A DNA stretch of 64,000 nt from Bacillota bacterium (GTDB taxonomy: Bacteria; Bacillota; Dethiobacteria; DTU022): positions 21,769 through 85,768 of the forward strand of contig JAABTH010000007.1 of the NCBI GenBank assembly GCA_011389985.1, given 5' to 3'. Numbering within the stretch: position 1 is the first letter of the stretch; every line of letters starts with the position of its first letter. The position numbers and the translations under genes were made by a program. Below, in pieces: positions 63,153 to 64,000 of this stretch. The notes beneath the pieces are model-generated. The model worked only from the letters and a program-made list of their open reading frames with translations, ran no database searches and was not told the DNA's origin.

Positions 63153-63297
63153 ACTGTAGGTTGTTTAGATATTTGTTATAGAATAATACAGAGGCTGTGA
63201 GATATAGCTCATTGAACAGCAGAGAGCTTATTCTGATCCCCTGTGGCGGTGCTATTAATCGATACGTCAAAAATAAGAATAAGCGGCCTTAGCAAGA

Positions 63298-64000
63298 TTA
63301 GAGACCGTAACCAAGCGGCATATCTGTCTGCCCGGCCAGAATCTGCAGCTTTCCTACCTGCTCTTCTTGGCCTAATACGATCAGGACATCATTATTTGAC
63401 AACCTGAAGCCTGAGCCTGGGTTAATCTCTGTTTCCCTGTTAGCTCTTTTAACTGCCATAACAATTAATCCTGTTTGTTCCGGGATCCTTGCCTCTGAAA
63501 GGCTTTTACCTACCAGTGATGAGTTTTTCTTAACCGTAACTTCTTCCAGATCGATTACAACCTCACCTGCCCGTGTGATAACATCTAAGAATGATACCAC
63601 TGCCGGGCGCAAAACCAAAGAAGCCATTCGCGTACCGCCGATTTCGTTAGGTGAAACTACCTTGTCAGCGCCGGCTTTAAGTAGTTTTAGATCTGCTTTA
63701 TCGTCAATAGCACGTGATACAATCAGAAGATCCGGTTTGATTTCCCGGGCGGTCAGCACGGTAAAAACATTATCAGCATCATTTGAAAGACAGCAAACCA
63801 AACCTTTAGCTTTGTCAATGCCGACTTTTAACAGGTCTTCTTCAACAGTAGCATCGCCTAAAACAGCAAGGCCGCCGATGTCAATAATGTGTTCGACTTT
63901 AGTCCGGTCTGCTTCAATTACAACATGCGGAACTCCTCTTTTTTTAAACTGGCTTACTACATGCTGGCCGGTTTGTCCGGCTCCACATATAATGTAATGA
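63298..64000 (-). CDS. TrkA/RCK-domain K+ transport/channel regulatory protein (TrkA-N Rossmann plus TrkA-C). The N-terminus lies beyond the window edge.
   Basis: The minus-strand frame is open from the window edge with no stop upstream of the ORF-track start at 63801. The translation gives IICGAGQTGQHV (GxGxxG) followed by a TrkA-C domain. Confidence 0.75.
   Translation of the reverse strand, partial: HYIICGAGQTGQHVVSQFKKRGVPHVVIEADRTKVEHIIDIGGLAVLGDATVEEDLLKVGIDKAKGLVCCLSNDADNVFTVLTAREIKPDLLIVSRAIDDKADLKLLKAGADKVVSPNEIGGTRMASLVLRPAVVSFLDVITRAGEVVIDLEEVTVKKNSSLVGKSLSEARIPEQTGLIVMAVKRANRETEINPGSGFRLSNNDVLIVLGQEEQVGKLQILAGQTDMPLGYGL

Overview
This window is a contiguous stretch of a low/moderate-GC anaerobic Firmicute (Clostridia-like) chromosome. 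The first ~33 kb is the conserved translation/transcription core, all on the + strand and tightly packed. It runs rpoB-rpoC, then an L7Ae-family gene with rpsL-rpsG-fusA-tuf, then the S10, spc and alpha operons: rpsJ through rplO, secY, map, a small KOW protein, infA, rpmJ, rpsM, rpsK, rpsD, rpoA and rplQ. The Firmicute-type ecfA1-ecfA2-ecfT-truA-rplM-rpsI block follows. Two synteny points stand out. A GLUG/MBG-repeat surface-protein gene, not rplL, lies directly upstream of rpoB. There is no adk between secY and map. Downstream is an accessory-like region. It holds a PlsC-like acyltransferase, an MBL hydrolase and a GGGPS/PcrB-family prenyl-glycerol-phosphate synthase. On the minus strand is a molybdenum-cofactor operon of two tandem moeA genes (one fused to a PBP domain), moaA, a mobB-moaC fusion and a MOSC-mogA fusion. 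I propose a Moco riboswitch in its leader. A marR-chrA-chrA unit follows. Next is a three-domain AmmeMemoRadiSam system in which the Memo/LigB-like and AMMECR1 proteins are fused, with its dedicated radical-SAM partner adjacent. The rest is cdaA-cdaR-glmM-glmS, glnS, a cyclic amidohydrolase, a 4-hydroxybutyryl-CoA dehydratase (AbfD/HpaB family) gene, a DUF45 metallopeptidase, a MATE exporter, a YkoF-like protein, a divergent cadC/cadA metal-resistance pair, a flavodoxin and a 5'-partial TrkA/RCK gene. I found no tRNA, rRNA, CRISPR array or obvious mobile element. Several sequence-level oddities are reported as findings: a Cys-cluster insertion in EF-Tu, a Cys4 ribbon in L24, a ~150-aa acidic tail on RpoB, and an unannotated 45-aa ORF with a perfect Shine-Dalgarno.
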